This document shows, one piece after another, positions 17,852-28,020 of a stretch of DNA of 64,000 nt. The stretch comes from Escherichia phage EC1-UPM, in the sequence record NC_041906.1; one strand, 5' to 3'. Position 1 is the first letter of the stretch. Every line of letters begins with the position of its first letter. Position numbers and translations under genes: made by a program. The notes under the pieces are model-generated. The model saw nothing but the letters and a program-made list of their open reading frames with translations. It did no database searches and had not been told where the DNA came from.

Positions 17852-19909
17852 ATGAAAATCGAACTGATTTCTATCATCGCACTGGCAGTTGACAGTCGTA
17901 ACCTTACACTGTGGAAGCCTGATGGTTCCACAATTGTATATCCTCAGAGCGACCCACGGGTTGCTCGTATTGTATCTGAAGCACAAACCAAAGGTCTTGG
18001 AACTACCAAAGACCAGATAGAAGTAAACATTGCACCAGAAGTAAATCTGCGTACTGAATATCTGGAAGCAGAGAAGAACACTAACGGATTCGTCCGTTTC
18101 TTCAAGGTAGCTAAGGCTAAACTTAAAGAGTTCTTCCAGGATGGTACAGGTGTTCCTCCTGCTCGTATCGTTTCTGATATTAAGCTAGGCAACCCTACTA
18201 AGACACTGGTGTCTAAAACCATGGATACCTTCCTGGCTGTACAGGCTAATGAACCAGAAGTAACAGTATCAGACGGTTATTACGACAGACGTGATAACCT
18301 GATGTGGGTTACTGGCTGGGATAAGGACCATAACCATCCTGCACTGGTTCGTTTTATTAACGACGTACTGTGTTGGGGTCATGAACATACCAACCGTACT
18401 CTTGCACAAGAATGGCCTATTGCAATTCGTGCAGTATCCGATGATGAAATGGGTGAGTTTGCTAAACAAGCTAAACACATCAAAGGAGTACATATTGTAT
18501 TTACCAGTCGTGAGCAAACACCACTGCCTTACATTGAAGTAGCTAAAACTACGAACCAGGATAAGCTGGCTGCTGCTTCTGAGAAGTTAGCCGCATTGGG
18601 TGCTATTAGTACCGATGATGCTAACTTCCACACTGATGTTAAGGAAGATGAAGTGGTTGTTGCTGTTACCAACAATGGGGTTATCCCTGGAGTTGAGAAC
18701 CTACAACGTCACTTACGCCAGTCTGCCAAGCTAAAAGACTACAAGGGCTTTACTAAGTTCCTTGAGCGTCTGGCTCCGGTTATTAAAGACCGTCTGCACT
18801 CAGTAGAAGACCTGATGAAGTTCATGGAAACTGCTGAACTGCCTATTGCCGATGATGGTTCAATCCTGTTCCTCAAACGCCTTAAGTCTAGTGGTATAGA
18901 AAACGGTAAACGTGTATTCGTTGACTGTCACTCGGGTAACATTCGTCAATGGGTAGGCTGTAAAGTGCAGGTACGTGAAGACCTGGTAGACCCTGACCGT
19001 CGTCAGGATTGCTCTAACGGTCTGCACGTAGCATCCATGAGCTATCTACGTGGCTTCGGTGGTAACGTAACTGTCCTTGGTAAAGTAGCACCGGAAGACG
19101 TGTTTGCTGTTCCTCAGTACAGCACCAATAAGATGCGTGTATCTGCATATCATATTATTGCTGAACTGCCTGAAGAGGAACGTAATAACGTTAACAATGG
19201 TATCTACCTGTCTATGACAGAAGTAGGTAAGAAATTACTTAATGATGCCATCGTTGGGAACCATAGTTCACCTACCACACTTATTATGGTTGGTGGTCAT
19301 TATGGTACTAACCTCAAATACACTAATCTTACATCTGGTTCTGTAGAACAATTCCGTACAGTTGCTAGTAAAGAAGCACTGAACATGGAAGGGTCACTGA
19401 ATGAAGCTGTAGCTGCTGAACCAGTTAAGGCTACTGACCTTAAACCTGTTAATAAGAAGGCTCCTACTGTGAGAGAACAAATCCAGGAACTGGTAAAAGA
19501 GTTCCTTAATGCAACAACACCGGAAGATAAGTTAGCCGCTGCTGACCTTCTGGTAGAACTGCGTGGTAAAGCTCGTACGCCATGGGCTGTTTTTGGTGTT
19601 AGCTCAGATGTGGTTGATGCTATCGCTGTTTGCCGTGCTGCTGAAAGCAAACCAGCTAAAGCTGGACTAGAGAAGAAACTAAAAGCTGTTAGTAAAAGAG
19701 TTTCTGACTCAACAGTAAAAGTTAAATTCACATCAGGGAAACACGCTGACAATCTGCGTAGCATCCTGAATGATACGACGTACTCTGACTATCAGAAAGG
19801 CCATGCTCTGCAAGACTATAAGCGTCATGCTAAGAAGTCATTCACTGCAATGGGTCTGACTGAAGAAGAAGCTAAGTTAGCTACCAAGCTGGTCAAGGCT
19901 GCTAAGTAA
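17852..19909 (+). CDS. rIIB: rIIB-like protein
   Basis: 685 aa ORF immediately downstream of rIIA-like gene; assignment by synteny only. Confidence 0.5.
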   Translation: MKIELISIIALAVDSRNLTLWKPDGSTIVYPQSDPRVARIVSEAQTKGLGTTKDQIEVNIAPEVNLRTEYLEAEKNTNGFVRFFKVAKAKLKEFFQDGTGVPPARIVSDIKLGNPTKTLVSKTMDTFLAVQANEPEVTVSDGYYDRRDNLMWVTGWDKDHNHPALVRFINDVLCWGHEHTNRTLAQEWPIAIRAVSDDEMGEFAKQAKHIKGVHIVFTSREQTPLPYIEVAKTTNQDKLAAASEKLAALGAISTDDANFHTDVKEDEVVVAVTNNGVIPGVENLQRHLRQSAKLKDYKGFTKFLERLAPVIKDRLHSVEDLMKFMETAELPIADDGSILFLKRLKSSGIENGKRVFVDCHSGNIRQWVGCKVQVREDLVDPDRRQDCSNGLHVASMSYLRGFGGNVTVLGKVAPEDVFAVPQYSTNKMRVSAYHIIAELPEEERNNVNNGIYLSMTEVGKKLLNDAIVGNHSSPTTLIMVGGHYGTNLKYTNLTSGSVEQFRTVASKEALNMEGSLNEAVAAEPVKATDLKPVNKKAPTVREQIQELVKEFLNATTPEDKLAAADLLVELRGKARTPWAVFGVSSDVVDAIAVCRAAESKPAKAGLEKKLKAVSKRVSDSTVKVKFTSGKHADNLRSILNDTTYSDYQKGHALQDYKRHAKKSFTAMGLTEEEAKLATKLVKAAK

Positions 19910-19971
19910 TAGCCTGTTCAAATGCCCTCACTTGTAATAAAGTGAGGGTAATTTTGAGGAGGAAATGTACT

Positions 19972-20367
19972 ATGAGTAAAGTATTCAGAAGTAATCGCAA
20001 AGCAACTGATGAAGACATCATTCGTATGAATGCTGTTGGTCTGTCCCTCGCAACTATCGCTAAGACGTTGGGGGTTCACCCAACTACTGTTACTTTGCGA
20101 TTGCGTTCTCTAAACATTGAACCAGCCGACACACGTCGGACGTTCATGGAAAACGTATTACGTCCTTTACCAACCCATGTGGCTGATTGGCTGTCAGAAC
20201 AAGTTGGCCCTGCTTATGAGATTCGCTCATATGTAAGGGACTTGATTCTGGAGGCATATAACAATCGCCACCTTAACCAAGAGAGTGAGCATGACAAGTT
20301 CATCCGTTTGTACACTGGCAAATACGGAAGCCTGGTTCAGGAAAGCCGTACCGAATCCAACGAGTAA
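19972..20367 (+). CDS. HTH DNA-binding protein (131 aa)
   Basis: Helix-turn-helix-like LSLATIAKTLGVHPTTVTLRL; GGAGG RBS. Confidence 0.45.
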   Translation: MSKVFRSNRKATDEDIIRMNAVGLSLATIAKTLGVHPTTVTLRLRSLNIEPADTRRTFMENVLRPLPTHVADWLSEQVGPAYEIRSYVRDLILEAYNNRHLNQESEHDKFIRLYTGKYGSLVQESRTESNE

Positions 20368-20743
20368 GAATATTAGTACCCAGATTGGTTGTCATCTGGA
20401 AGAAGTGGCAGAAATGCTAAATGCTATTACCAGTAATAATCCAGAACGTGCCTCACAAATTGATGCATTACGGGCAGCAATTGACCATGTAGGCAATCTG
20501 CTTAAAAAGGATAACAAGATTGTTATCAAAGATTCAGTAGAACTGCTGGACTCACTGGCAGACCAGATTGTTACAGCAACTGGCGTCGGTACTTTCCTTG
20601 GGATGAATGTCCCTGGAGCATTGGCTGAGGTCAATCGCTCAAACTATTCTAAGTTTGAAGATGGAGAACCCGTCTTCAATGAGAATAAGAAAGTTATGAA
20701 AGGGAAAGACTACACTCCCCCGGATTTAACCCCTTACATCTAA
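20285..20743 (+). CDS. MazG-like nucleotide pyrophosphohydrolase candidate (start uncertain; overlaps upstream gene)
   Basis: HLEEVAEMLNA ... ELLDSLADQIV acidic motifs; alternative ATG at 20414. Confidence 0.35.
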   Translation: MSMTSSSVCTLANTEAWFRKAVPNPTSKNISTQIGCHLEEVAEMLNAITSNNPERASQIDALRAAIDHVGNLLKKDNKIVIKDSVELLDSLADQIVTATGVGTFLGMNVPGALAEVNRSNYSKFEDGEPVFNENKKVMKGKDYTPPDLTPYI

Positions 20744-20764
20744 CCCTCTACGGAGGGTTTTTTA
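20742..20764 (+). terminator. rho-independent terminator
   Basis: AACCCTC-TACG-GAGGGTT followed by TTTTT. Confidence 0.55.
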
Positions 20765-20776
20765 CTGGAGATTTTA

Positions 20777-22087
20777 ATGTTTTCCAAACCTACCAAAGCC
20801 CCGCTGAACAAGGGGCAAGAAGCGGTTGCGAAGGAGTTCTTCGACTTCCTGCTCAACCCTAATGCTACCGAATTCAATATTAGTGGCCCAGGGGGAACTG
20901 GCAAGACATTCCTGATGTCGCACCTCATTGATGACACTATGCCTGCATATATGGAAACTTGCTCTCTCATGGGAACCAAGCCTCTGTATAACGAGGTTGT
21001 TATGACTGCGACCACGAACAAAGCTGCTGAAGTTCTGGCTCAAGCTACTGGGCGTCCAACATCTACCTATCATTCCTTCCAGGGATTGATTGTTAAGAAT
21101 GATTTTAAGACTGGTGAGGCTAATGTCGTACCGTCTAAATCATTCAATATTAAGAAGAACAAAATCATCTTCGTAGATGAAGCATCCATGATAGACCGTC
21201 AGTTGCTTAAGTATGCCCGTGAAGGTACTCACCAGTGCAAACTGGTATTCGTAGGTGATGCTTCTCAGCTTCTGCCTGTTAAAGAGAATAAGTCTCCAGT
21301 GTATGCAGGTAATATCCCAACACACTATCTGACTGAACAGATGCGTACCGATGCACCGGAACTCAAAGCATTGCACCAGCAATTGCGTGATACGGTGGAA
21401 GGTAAGACAGGCTTCCTGCCTATTAAATGTATTCCAGGTATCATTGACTGGGTACAAGGGGAGGAGATGGAGAAACTGGTTCTCAGTCACTTCACTCAAC
21501 CTACCAATAGCCGTATTGTTGCCTACACGAATGACCAGGTTATTAATTACAATAACTACATTCGTGAAGCCAATGGTTACGTAGGTGAGTACTCCATTGG
21601 TGAGCAGCTAGTGTCTAACTCTGCTGTTCGCTTAGGGGTGGAAGACCGTCTGTCTATCGAGCAGGACGTAAAACTCATCGACCAGGATAGTAGTACTCGC
21701 ATGATTCCAGTTACGGGTGACCTGGAACTGGAAGTTCGTGATAGTACTCTGGACCTTGGTTATGGTGGTATTGTAAGTGAAGTTCCAGTACCTACTGACC
21801 CAGACTACTTCAACCGTTTGGTTAAGTGGTTAGGAAAGGAAAAGAACTGGGAACCTTACTTCCGTCTTAAAGAAACCATTCCAGACCTGCGTGCTACCCA
21901 TGCATGTACTGTCCATAAATCACAAGGCTCTACTTACGACACAATCTTCATTGATGCAGATGACCTCTCAAGCTGTCGCCAACCAGATATGGTTGCCCGT
22001 CTGCTTTACGTCGCTGTGTCCCGTGCACGTAAGCGAGTAGTGTTCTATGGCAATCTTGCCAGTAAGTATGGTGGTCTAACTTTCTAA
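20777..22087 (+). CDS. DNA helicase (SF1, RecD/Pif1-like; N4 gp37-like)
   Basis: Walker A GPGGTGKTF; motif VHKSQGSTYD. Confidence 0.75.
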   Translation: MFSKPTKAPLNKGQEAVAKEFFDFLLNPNATEFNISGPGGTGKTFLMSHLIDDTMPAYMETCSLMGTKPLYNEVVMTATTNKAAEVLAQATGRPTSTYHSFQGLIVKNDFKTGEANVVPSKSFNIKKNKIIFVDEASMIDRQLLKYAREGTHQCKLVFVGDASQLLPVKENKSPVYAGNIPTHYLTEQMRTDAPELKALHQQLRDTVEGKTGFLPIKCIPGIIDWVQGEEMEKLVLSHFTQPTNSRIVAYTNDQVINYNNYIREANGYVGEYSIGEQLVSNSAVRLGVEDRLSIEQDVKLIDQDSSTRMIPVTGDLELEVRDSTLDLGYGGIVSEVPVPTDPDYFNRLVKWLGKEKNWEPYFRLKETIPDLRATHACTVHKSQGSTYDTIFIDADDLSSCRQPDMVARLLYVAVSRARKRVVFYGNLASKYGGLTF

Positions 22088-22097
22088 GGGAGGATAT

Positions 22098-22628
22098 ATG
22101 CCTCAGATTGGTTCAGCGACTATTGGTCAAGTTGCCAATAGCAGTGAGATAGTCAAACACCTGTTCTTAGCAGAACTGGTTCGTCTTGATAGTGTGTTAA
22201 ACGGTATCATTGATAAGAATGACCGTATCAATGGTATTGATGTATCGGCTGGATTCCTTTACCAAGGGGAGTTCTATCAGCGTTCTAATGCTACCAGACC
22301 TCCAACCTACGGTGAACGATTAACGCTTAATCCAGAACTATGGCCTGCAATGGACAAGTATCTGAAAGCCTCCAGTCGTCTGATTATGGAAGTACACCTT
22401 GTGAACCAGACTGTATATCGCCTGGTTCGTGGTTGTATGTCCTATCAGGATGTACGTGATGCTTTGCCTGAGTGCCTGGTAGCTCAAGACCAGACCGGTA
22501 AATACAAAGAACTACCACGTACTCGTGAAGCAGCCTGGACACTTGCTGGTGATGCTATGGCAATAAAACAGTATGAGAAGATTCTGCCTTCTATTGAGTA
22601 CTATGCAGCTTCCCATCTGATTTTCTAA
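22098..22628 (+). CDS. hypothetical protein (176 aa)
   Basis: ORF with GGGAGG RBS between helicase and DNA polymerase. Confidence 0.5.
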   Translation: MPQIGSATIGQVANSSEIVKHLFLAELVRLDSVLNGIIDKNDRINGIDVSAGFLYQGEFYQRSNATRPPTYGERLTLNPELWPAMDKYLKASSRLIMEVHLVNQTVYRLVRGCMSYQDVRDALPECLVAQDQTGKYKELPRTREAAWTLAGDAMAIKQYEKILPSIEYYAASHLIF

Positions 22629-22637
22629 GGTAAAGCT

Positions 22638-25217
22638 ATGCGTTACATCACCTCTCAGGATACTGGTAAGTATCCTATTGCTATCCTCGGTCATCAAATC
22701 CGAAGGGAGGAGATGATTAAAACCTACCTGCTGCCTAATGACCTAAGCATGGAAGATTTCATCTTCATTGAGCTTCATTCTGCTCCAGGCAAGAAGAAGA
22801 CTCCTGCAAGGGAGATTAAGGAGTTTATTCAGCAGGAATTGCAACAGGTACTGGATGATGCAGAGACTCAGTACATCATTTGTACTGATTCTGATTACTT
22901 CAAAATACTGACTAAAGAAGCTAAAGCAGAGGCTAACCTCGGCTATGTTTGTGACTCAGTATGGGGTAAGCAGAAGGTTATCTATACACCTAGCTACAGG
23001 CAGGTCTTTTATGACCCTCCTGTAGTGAAAGCTAAGATTGCTCAGGGTATGGATGCATTACTTAACCACATTCGTGGGCAGTATGCTGAACCAGGTCATG
23101 GAATCATTGAGTTTGAAGCCTATCCGGATACTCCAGAGAAGATTAAAGCCTGGCTAGACCAGTTGCTTGAGATGGATAAGCCACTGGCTATAGACATCGA
23201 AGCATTCGGTTTAAAGCACTATAACGCCGGTATAGGAACAATTACGTTCTGTTGGAGTAAGACACAGGGCATAGCCTTTAATGTGGACTACGAGCCAATT
23301 CCAGGAGCTACTGAAGCACCATACGGGCGTATCAACAGAAATGATATTGTTCGTAATCTTCTACGTGAGTTCTTCATTAAGTACACCCAACGGCAGATGT
23401 ATCACAACATTAGCTATGACGTGTATGTGCTTATCTATCAGTTATTCATGGATAACCTGATTGATACAGAAGGCTTACTGCATGGCATGGAAATCATGCT
23501 ACGTAATTGGGATTGCACTAAGTTAATCACCTATCTGGCTACTAACAGTTGTGCTGGTAATCACCTTAGTCTGAAAGACCAGGCCCAGGAGTATGCCGGT
23601 AACTATGCTCAGGATGATATTAAAGACATTCGCCTTATTCCTAATGAGCAGCTGTTACGTTACAACCTCATTGACGGTTTGTGTACGTGGTACACCTACG
23701 AAAAGCACTGGGATACTCTCATTGCTGATGACCAGCTAGATGTTTACAACAGCATCTTTAAGCCAGCTTGTGAAGACATCATTCAGATGCAGTTAACAGG
23801 TATGCCCATGAATATGGATACCGTTAACCAAGTGGCTAAGGAGATGGAAACTGACAGGAACCTGGCTCTGAAAACTATTCGTGAGTCCAAGCTCATGAAG
23901 AACTTCACCCTGATGCTTCGTCAGGAATGGGTAGACGATAAGAATGCTAAGCTCAAGAAGAAACAAGTAACACTTGCTGACTGTGACATCGAGTTTAACC
24001 CTAACTCCGGTCCACAACTACAAAAACTGTTATTTGATTATATTGGCTTACCGGTTCTTGGTCTTACTAAGAGCAAGCAGCCTGCTACTGATGGTGACAC
24101 TATTAAAGCACTGCGTACTCATACGCAGAGCGAAGATGTTAAGGAACTGCTCAATGCACTTATCGATTATAAGCTTGTGGATAAGATTATCACTAGCTTC
24201 ATCCCGGCCTTTAGAAATGCCCAACCTGGGCCGGATGGATGGCACTACCTATTCGGCAACCTCAATCTGGGGGGAACGGTTTCTGGTAGATTATCTGCCT
24301 CTGAACCAAACCTGCAAACCATTCCGTCTGGTTCCAAATACGCCAAGAAGATTAAGAAATGCTTCGAAGCACCACCAGGTTGGGTCTTTTGTGGATTGGA
24401 CTTTGCAAGCCTTGAAGACCGTATCTCTGCATTAACTACTAAAGACCCTCAGAAGCTTAAGGTATATACCGATGGCTATGATGGGCATAGTCTCCGTGCA
24501 TATGCTTACTTTGGTGAGCAGATGCCAGACATAGAAGACACGGTAGAATCCATTAACTCCATTCAGCATAAGTACAAATCATTACGTAGTGACTCGAAGG
24601 CTCCAACCTTCCTGCTTACCTATGGTGGTACGTATATGGGCTTAATGAAAAACTGTGGCTTCTCTGAAGAGAAGGCTAAGACTACAGAGAAACGTTATCA
24701 CGATCTCTATGTAGTTAGTGACAGATGGGTTCAGGCTAAGCTAGACGAAGCTGCCAAAACTGGTTATGTTACTGCCGCATTCGGTTTGAGAGTGCGTACT
24801 CCTTTACTGGCTCAGGTTTTACGTGGGACATGTAAGACTCCGTATGAGGCAGAAGCAGAAGGCAGAACTGCTGGTAATGCTTTAGGGCAAAGCTGGTGTC
24901 TACTGAATAACCGTGCTGGTTCAGAATTTATGCGTAAAGTCAGAGCCAGTGAGTTCAGGTTAGATATACGTCCTAGTATTCATATTCATGATGCTCAGTA
25001 CTTCATGATTCGTGACAACATGGATACCTTGCAGTTCACAAACAAGCACTTGGTTGAAGCCGTTAACTGGCAAGACCATCCTGATATTGCTCATCCAGAA
25101 GTTGGTTTGGGTGGGGAACTATCCTTGTTCTACCCAACGTGGGCTAACGAGATTGAGATTCCAAATCACGCTACCCCAGAAGAAGTTCATCAAATAATTC
25201 AAAAGGCATTCGCATGA
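22638..25217 (+). CDS. family A DNA polymerase with 3'-5' exonuclease domain (N4 gp39-like)
   Basis: Exo motif LAIDIEAFG; pol motif A DFASLEDRI, motif B RSDSKAPTFLLTYGG, motif C HIHDAQ. Confidence 0.85.
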   Translation: MRYITSQDTGKYPIAILGHQIRREEMIKTYLLPNDLSMEDFIFIELHSAPGKKKTPAREIKEFIQQELQQVLDDAETQYIICTDSDYFKILTKEAKAEANLGYVCDSVWGKQKVIYTPSYRQVFYDPPVVKAKIAQGMDALLNHIRGQYAEPGHGIIEFEAYPDTPEKIKAWLDQLLEMDKPLAIDIEAFGLKHYNAGIGTITFCWSKTQGIAFNVDYEPIPGATEAPYGRINRNDIVRNLLREFFIKYTQRQMYHNISYDVYVLIYQLFMDNLIDTEGLLHGMEIMLRNWDCTKLITYLATNSCAGNHLSLKDQAQEYAGNYAQDDIKDIRLIPNEQLLRYNLIDGLCTWYTYEKHWDTLIADDQLDVYNSIFKPACEDIIQMQLTGMPMNMDTVNQVAKEMETDRNLALKTIRESKLMKNFTLMLRQEWVDDKNAKLKKKQVTLADCDIEFNPNSGPQLQKLLFDYIGLPVLGLTKSKQPATDGDTIKALRTHTQSEDVKELLNALIDYKLVDKIITSFIPAFRNAQPGPDGWHYLFGNLNLGGTVSGRLSASEPNLQTIPSGSKYAKKIKKCFEAPPGWVFCGLDFASLEDRISALTTKDPQKLKVYTDGYDGHSLRAYAYFGEQMPDIEDTVESINSIQHKYKSLRSDSKAPTFLLTYGGTYMGLMKNCGFSEEKAKTTEKRYHDLYVVSDRWVQAKLDEAAKTGYVTAAFGLRVRTPLLAQVLRGTCKTPYEAEAEGRTAGNALGQSWCLLNNRAGSEFMRKVRASEFRLDIRPSIHIHDAQYFMIRDNMDTLQFTNKHLVEAVNWQDHPDIAHPEVGLGGELSLFYPTWANEIEIPNHATPEEVHQIIQKAFA

Positions 25218-25519
25218 CCAAAAGTACTAAAGAAACTGTAGTCAGAAAATATCATTGGATGGTAGCAGCACAAGTAGTCTTCCAGCTTCCTAAAGTGGAT
25301 GATGGTTCCCTGCTTACCATGAACACAATGTTGCTCACCGATGAACCTTATGTGACCTATAAAGATTTGGCCCGTGCCAATCATTCCCTGAAGATTAGTC
25401 TGGACCAACGTTTCGACACTTCAGTTGACCTGAAAGACATTGTTTATCTGTCTCTTAGCAACCTGGGTCTGATGTCTGAACCAGAGTTCCAGGCAAACAT
25501 GATTCCTAAGGATAAATAA
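25214..25519 (+). CDS. hypothetical protein (101 aa)
   Basis: ORF, ATGA overlap with polymerase gene. Confidence 0.45.
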   Translation: MTKSTKETVVRKYHWMVAAQVVFQLPKVDDGSLLTMNTMLLTDEPYVTYKDLARANHSLKISLDQRFDTSVDLKDIVYLSLSNLGLMSEPEFQANMIPKDK

Positions 25520-25995
25520 TGGCTAAGCTCTCCGGTGGATTGAATAACTGGTATGTAGTGCCAGTTAAGCACCCTCAACGGAAAGAGCAAGAGCCATATC
25601 AAGCAGAGTGTGAGGATATTATCCAAGCACTGGGCATGACCTTCGATGAAGGTTGTGCCTTTAAAGCTCTGTGGCGAAATGCTGCTGCCCGTATGGGTAA
25701 TGGTAAACCTGGTAATACTGCTGCTTACGATGCAGAGAAGCTGGTTCATTATGCTAATCGTATTCTTGCTAAGGAGAAGTTAGCTAGTGAGTTATTTCCG
25801 GATCCTGCTACGAATGTAAATACCGTTGGTAGTTATTGGCACCATACACGCAATGGTAAACCTCACTTCACTAAAGAATTTTCATTCATTGAGATTGTTT
25901 ATAAAGATGAACGAGATGAAATTTACTCGTATAACTTCAATCAGCTAAGTGAAATTAAGTGGAACTGGGTTCACAGATACAGGATTACTTACTAA
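25519..25995 (+). CDS. hypothetical protein (158 aa)
   Basis: ORF with AGGA RBS. Confidence 0.45.
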   Translation: MAKLSGGLNNWYVVPVKHPQRKEQEPYQAECEDIIQALGMTFDEGCAFKALWRNAAARMGNGKPGNTAAYDAEKLVHYANRILAKEKLASELFPDPATNVNTVGSYWHHTRNGKPHFTKEFSFIEIVYKDERDEIYSYNFNQLSEIKWNWVHRYRITY

Positions 25996-26057
25996 TGAAG
26001 ATAACCAACAATCATGATGTCTCACTGGCTCTGGCTGTATGGCTATTGCATGGGTAA
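25995..26057 (+). pseudogene. 20-codon remnant duplicating the N-terminus of the nuclease gene at 26558
   Basis: Encodes MKITNNHDVSLALAVWLLHG*; 16/17 residues identical to start of ORF 26558 but 12/17 codons differ synonymously. Confidence 0.5.
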
Positions 26058-26063
26058 CTAGTT

Positions 26064-26561
26064 ATGAAACATAGAATTGCCCATGACAGGCTTTTACAGC
26101 TTGTATATTACGACCCTATTTCCGGGATTTTTACTCGTAGGAATACTGGAAAGGTATCCGGTTATCTAATGAAGAGTGGCTACATTCAACTCCGTGTGGA
26201 TAGCGTGTTGTACTATGGGCATATTCTTGCATGGTTCTATGTACATGGCGTATGGCCTACAGATAGGATTGACCATAAGGACAATATTCGCCATCACAAC
26301 TGGATAGATAACCTCAGAGAAGCAACCCACATGCAGAATAACCAGAGTGCTGTTCTATCTAAAGCGAACACATCTGGTTTCAAGGGAGTATCCTTTTCAA
26401 AGAAATTAGGTAAATACAGAGCAACTATTTGGGTTAATAGCAAACCGATCTCATTAGGTTTCACGGATAACCCAAGAGAAGCTGCTCTTCTTTATGATGA
26501 GGCTGCTGTAATTCATTATGGTGAATTTGCCAAAACCAATAAACAATTAGGTCTGCTATGA
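26064..26561 (+). mobile_element. HNH homing endonuclease with AP2-like DNA-binding domain (copy 1)
   Basis: IDHKDNIRHHNWIDNLREAT HNH motif; C-terminal GFKGVS...W AP2-like; inserted between gene-start remnant and intact nuclease gene. Confidence 0.7.
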
Positions 26562-27535
26562 AACTTACTAACAATCACGACGTTAGTCTCGCACTTGCCG
26601 TATGGCTTGTAACAGATGATTATGATTACGTAGACAATCCTAAGTATCTGTCTGTTACTACATTGCTTAAGCCCATTAAGCAAATCGTCATGAAGCATCG
26701 TGTAGACCTCAGTGACCAGTCTATTGATGTTATGGATTTCGTCTCTACATCAATGGGTACTGGCTTACATGATTCTATCGAGAAAGCCTGGAAGCTGGGG
26801 CATAAGACTGCATTGAAGAAGCTAGGATATCCTCAGCGTGTAATTGATGCAGTAGTCATTAACCCAACCAAAGCAGACTTTGATGCTAACCCTGACCTTA
26901 TCCCTATCTACATTGAGCAACGTGGAACCAGGGTGGTTAAGGGTTGGACTATCGGTGGTAAGTTCGACATCGTAACAGAAGGTCTGTTGCAGGACTTTAA
27001 GTCTACCTCAACCTATTCCTGGGTTGCTGGTTCCCGTGATGATGAACACAAGATGCAAGGTAGCTTGTATCGTTGGATTCACAACGACATCATTACTGAG
27101 GATGTAATTCGTATTAACTACATCTTCACTGACTTCATGAAACACATGGCTAATAGCAATCCGAACTATCCTGCTAATCGTATTATGCATAAGGATATTC
27201 CGTTGCTATCTGTCGAGAAGACTGAACGTTGGGTGGAAGAGAAGATTCACCTCATTGAGAAGTACTGGAATGCACCTGAAGAGGAAATTCCTGAATGTAC
27301 TGACGAGGAGTTGTGGCGAACAGAGCCACAGTTCAAATACTTCTCTGATGCTTCTAAGGTAGATGTACCTGGAGCCAGAAGTACCAAAAACTTTGACGAT
27401 ATGGCATCTGCCCGTATCTTCATGGCTGAAAAAGGTGGCAAGGGTGCTATCAAGGTCGTGGAGGGGCAGGTTAAGCGTTGTCTGTATTGCCCTGTCGCGT
27501 CCATTTGTGAACAGAGGAAACGATATTACCCATGA
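26558..27535 (+). CDS. PD-(D/E)XK-family nuclease with C-terminal Cys cluster (Cas4/RecB-like exonuclease)
   Basis: C-terminal CTDEE...C-x2-C-x5-C Fe-S-like cysteines; replication-module position. Confidence 0.5.
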   Translation: MKLTNNHDVSLALAVWLVTDDYDYVDNPKYLSVTTLLKPIKQIVMKHRVDLSDQSIDVMDFVSTSMGTGLHDSIEKAWKLGHKTALKKLGYPQRVIDAVVINPTKADFDANPDLIPIYIEQRGTRVVKGWTIGGKFDIVTEGLLQDFKSTSTYSWVAGSRDDEHKMQGSLYRWIHNDIITEDVIRINYIFTDFMKHMANSNPNYPANRIMHKDIPLLSVEKTERWVEEKIHLIEKYWNAPEEEIPECTDEELWRTEPQFKYFSDASKVDVPGARSTKNFDDMASARIFMAEKGGKGAIKVVEGQVKRCLYCPVASICEQRKRYYP

Positions 27536-28020
27536 AATTAATACCAATCGAGGTGTACCAACAAGCAGCTCTTGAGTTGTCTTACGACCCAGCCTCCCGT
27601 AGTTGTATACGGAAAAATGGTAAGGAAGTTGGAACCCTCGATGGTAGTGGTTACTGGTTAGTACGAGTAGGTAAGGGCAAAGGGACCTTACTAAAATGCC
27701 ACCGAGTAGTATGGTTCTTACATCATGGAACCATGCCACCCCTCATAGAACACAAAGACAGAAATCCGTCGAATAACCTTATTACTAATTTAAGGGAAGC
27801 GACTGAATCGCAGAACAGATGTAATACATCTAAGCATTGTGATAATACGTCTGGTGCTAAAGGTGTTTTCTGGTGCAAGTCCACCTCTAAGTGGATGGTT
27901 AAAGTCTGCGTTAACTATAAAACTTATTGGGGAGGCCGACACGCCGACCTGGAAACTGCAATCGCAGTAGCAACCGAATTACGAAATAAACTTCACGGAG
28001 AGTATGTAAACCATGATTGA
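27532..28020 (+). mobile_element. HNH homing endonuclease with AP2-like domain (copy 2, paralog of 26064)
   Basis: IEHKDRNPSNNLITNLREAT HNH motif; SGAKGVFW AP2-like; same architecture as copy 1. Confidence 0.7.
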
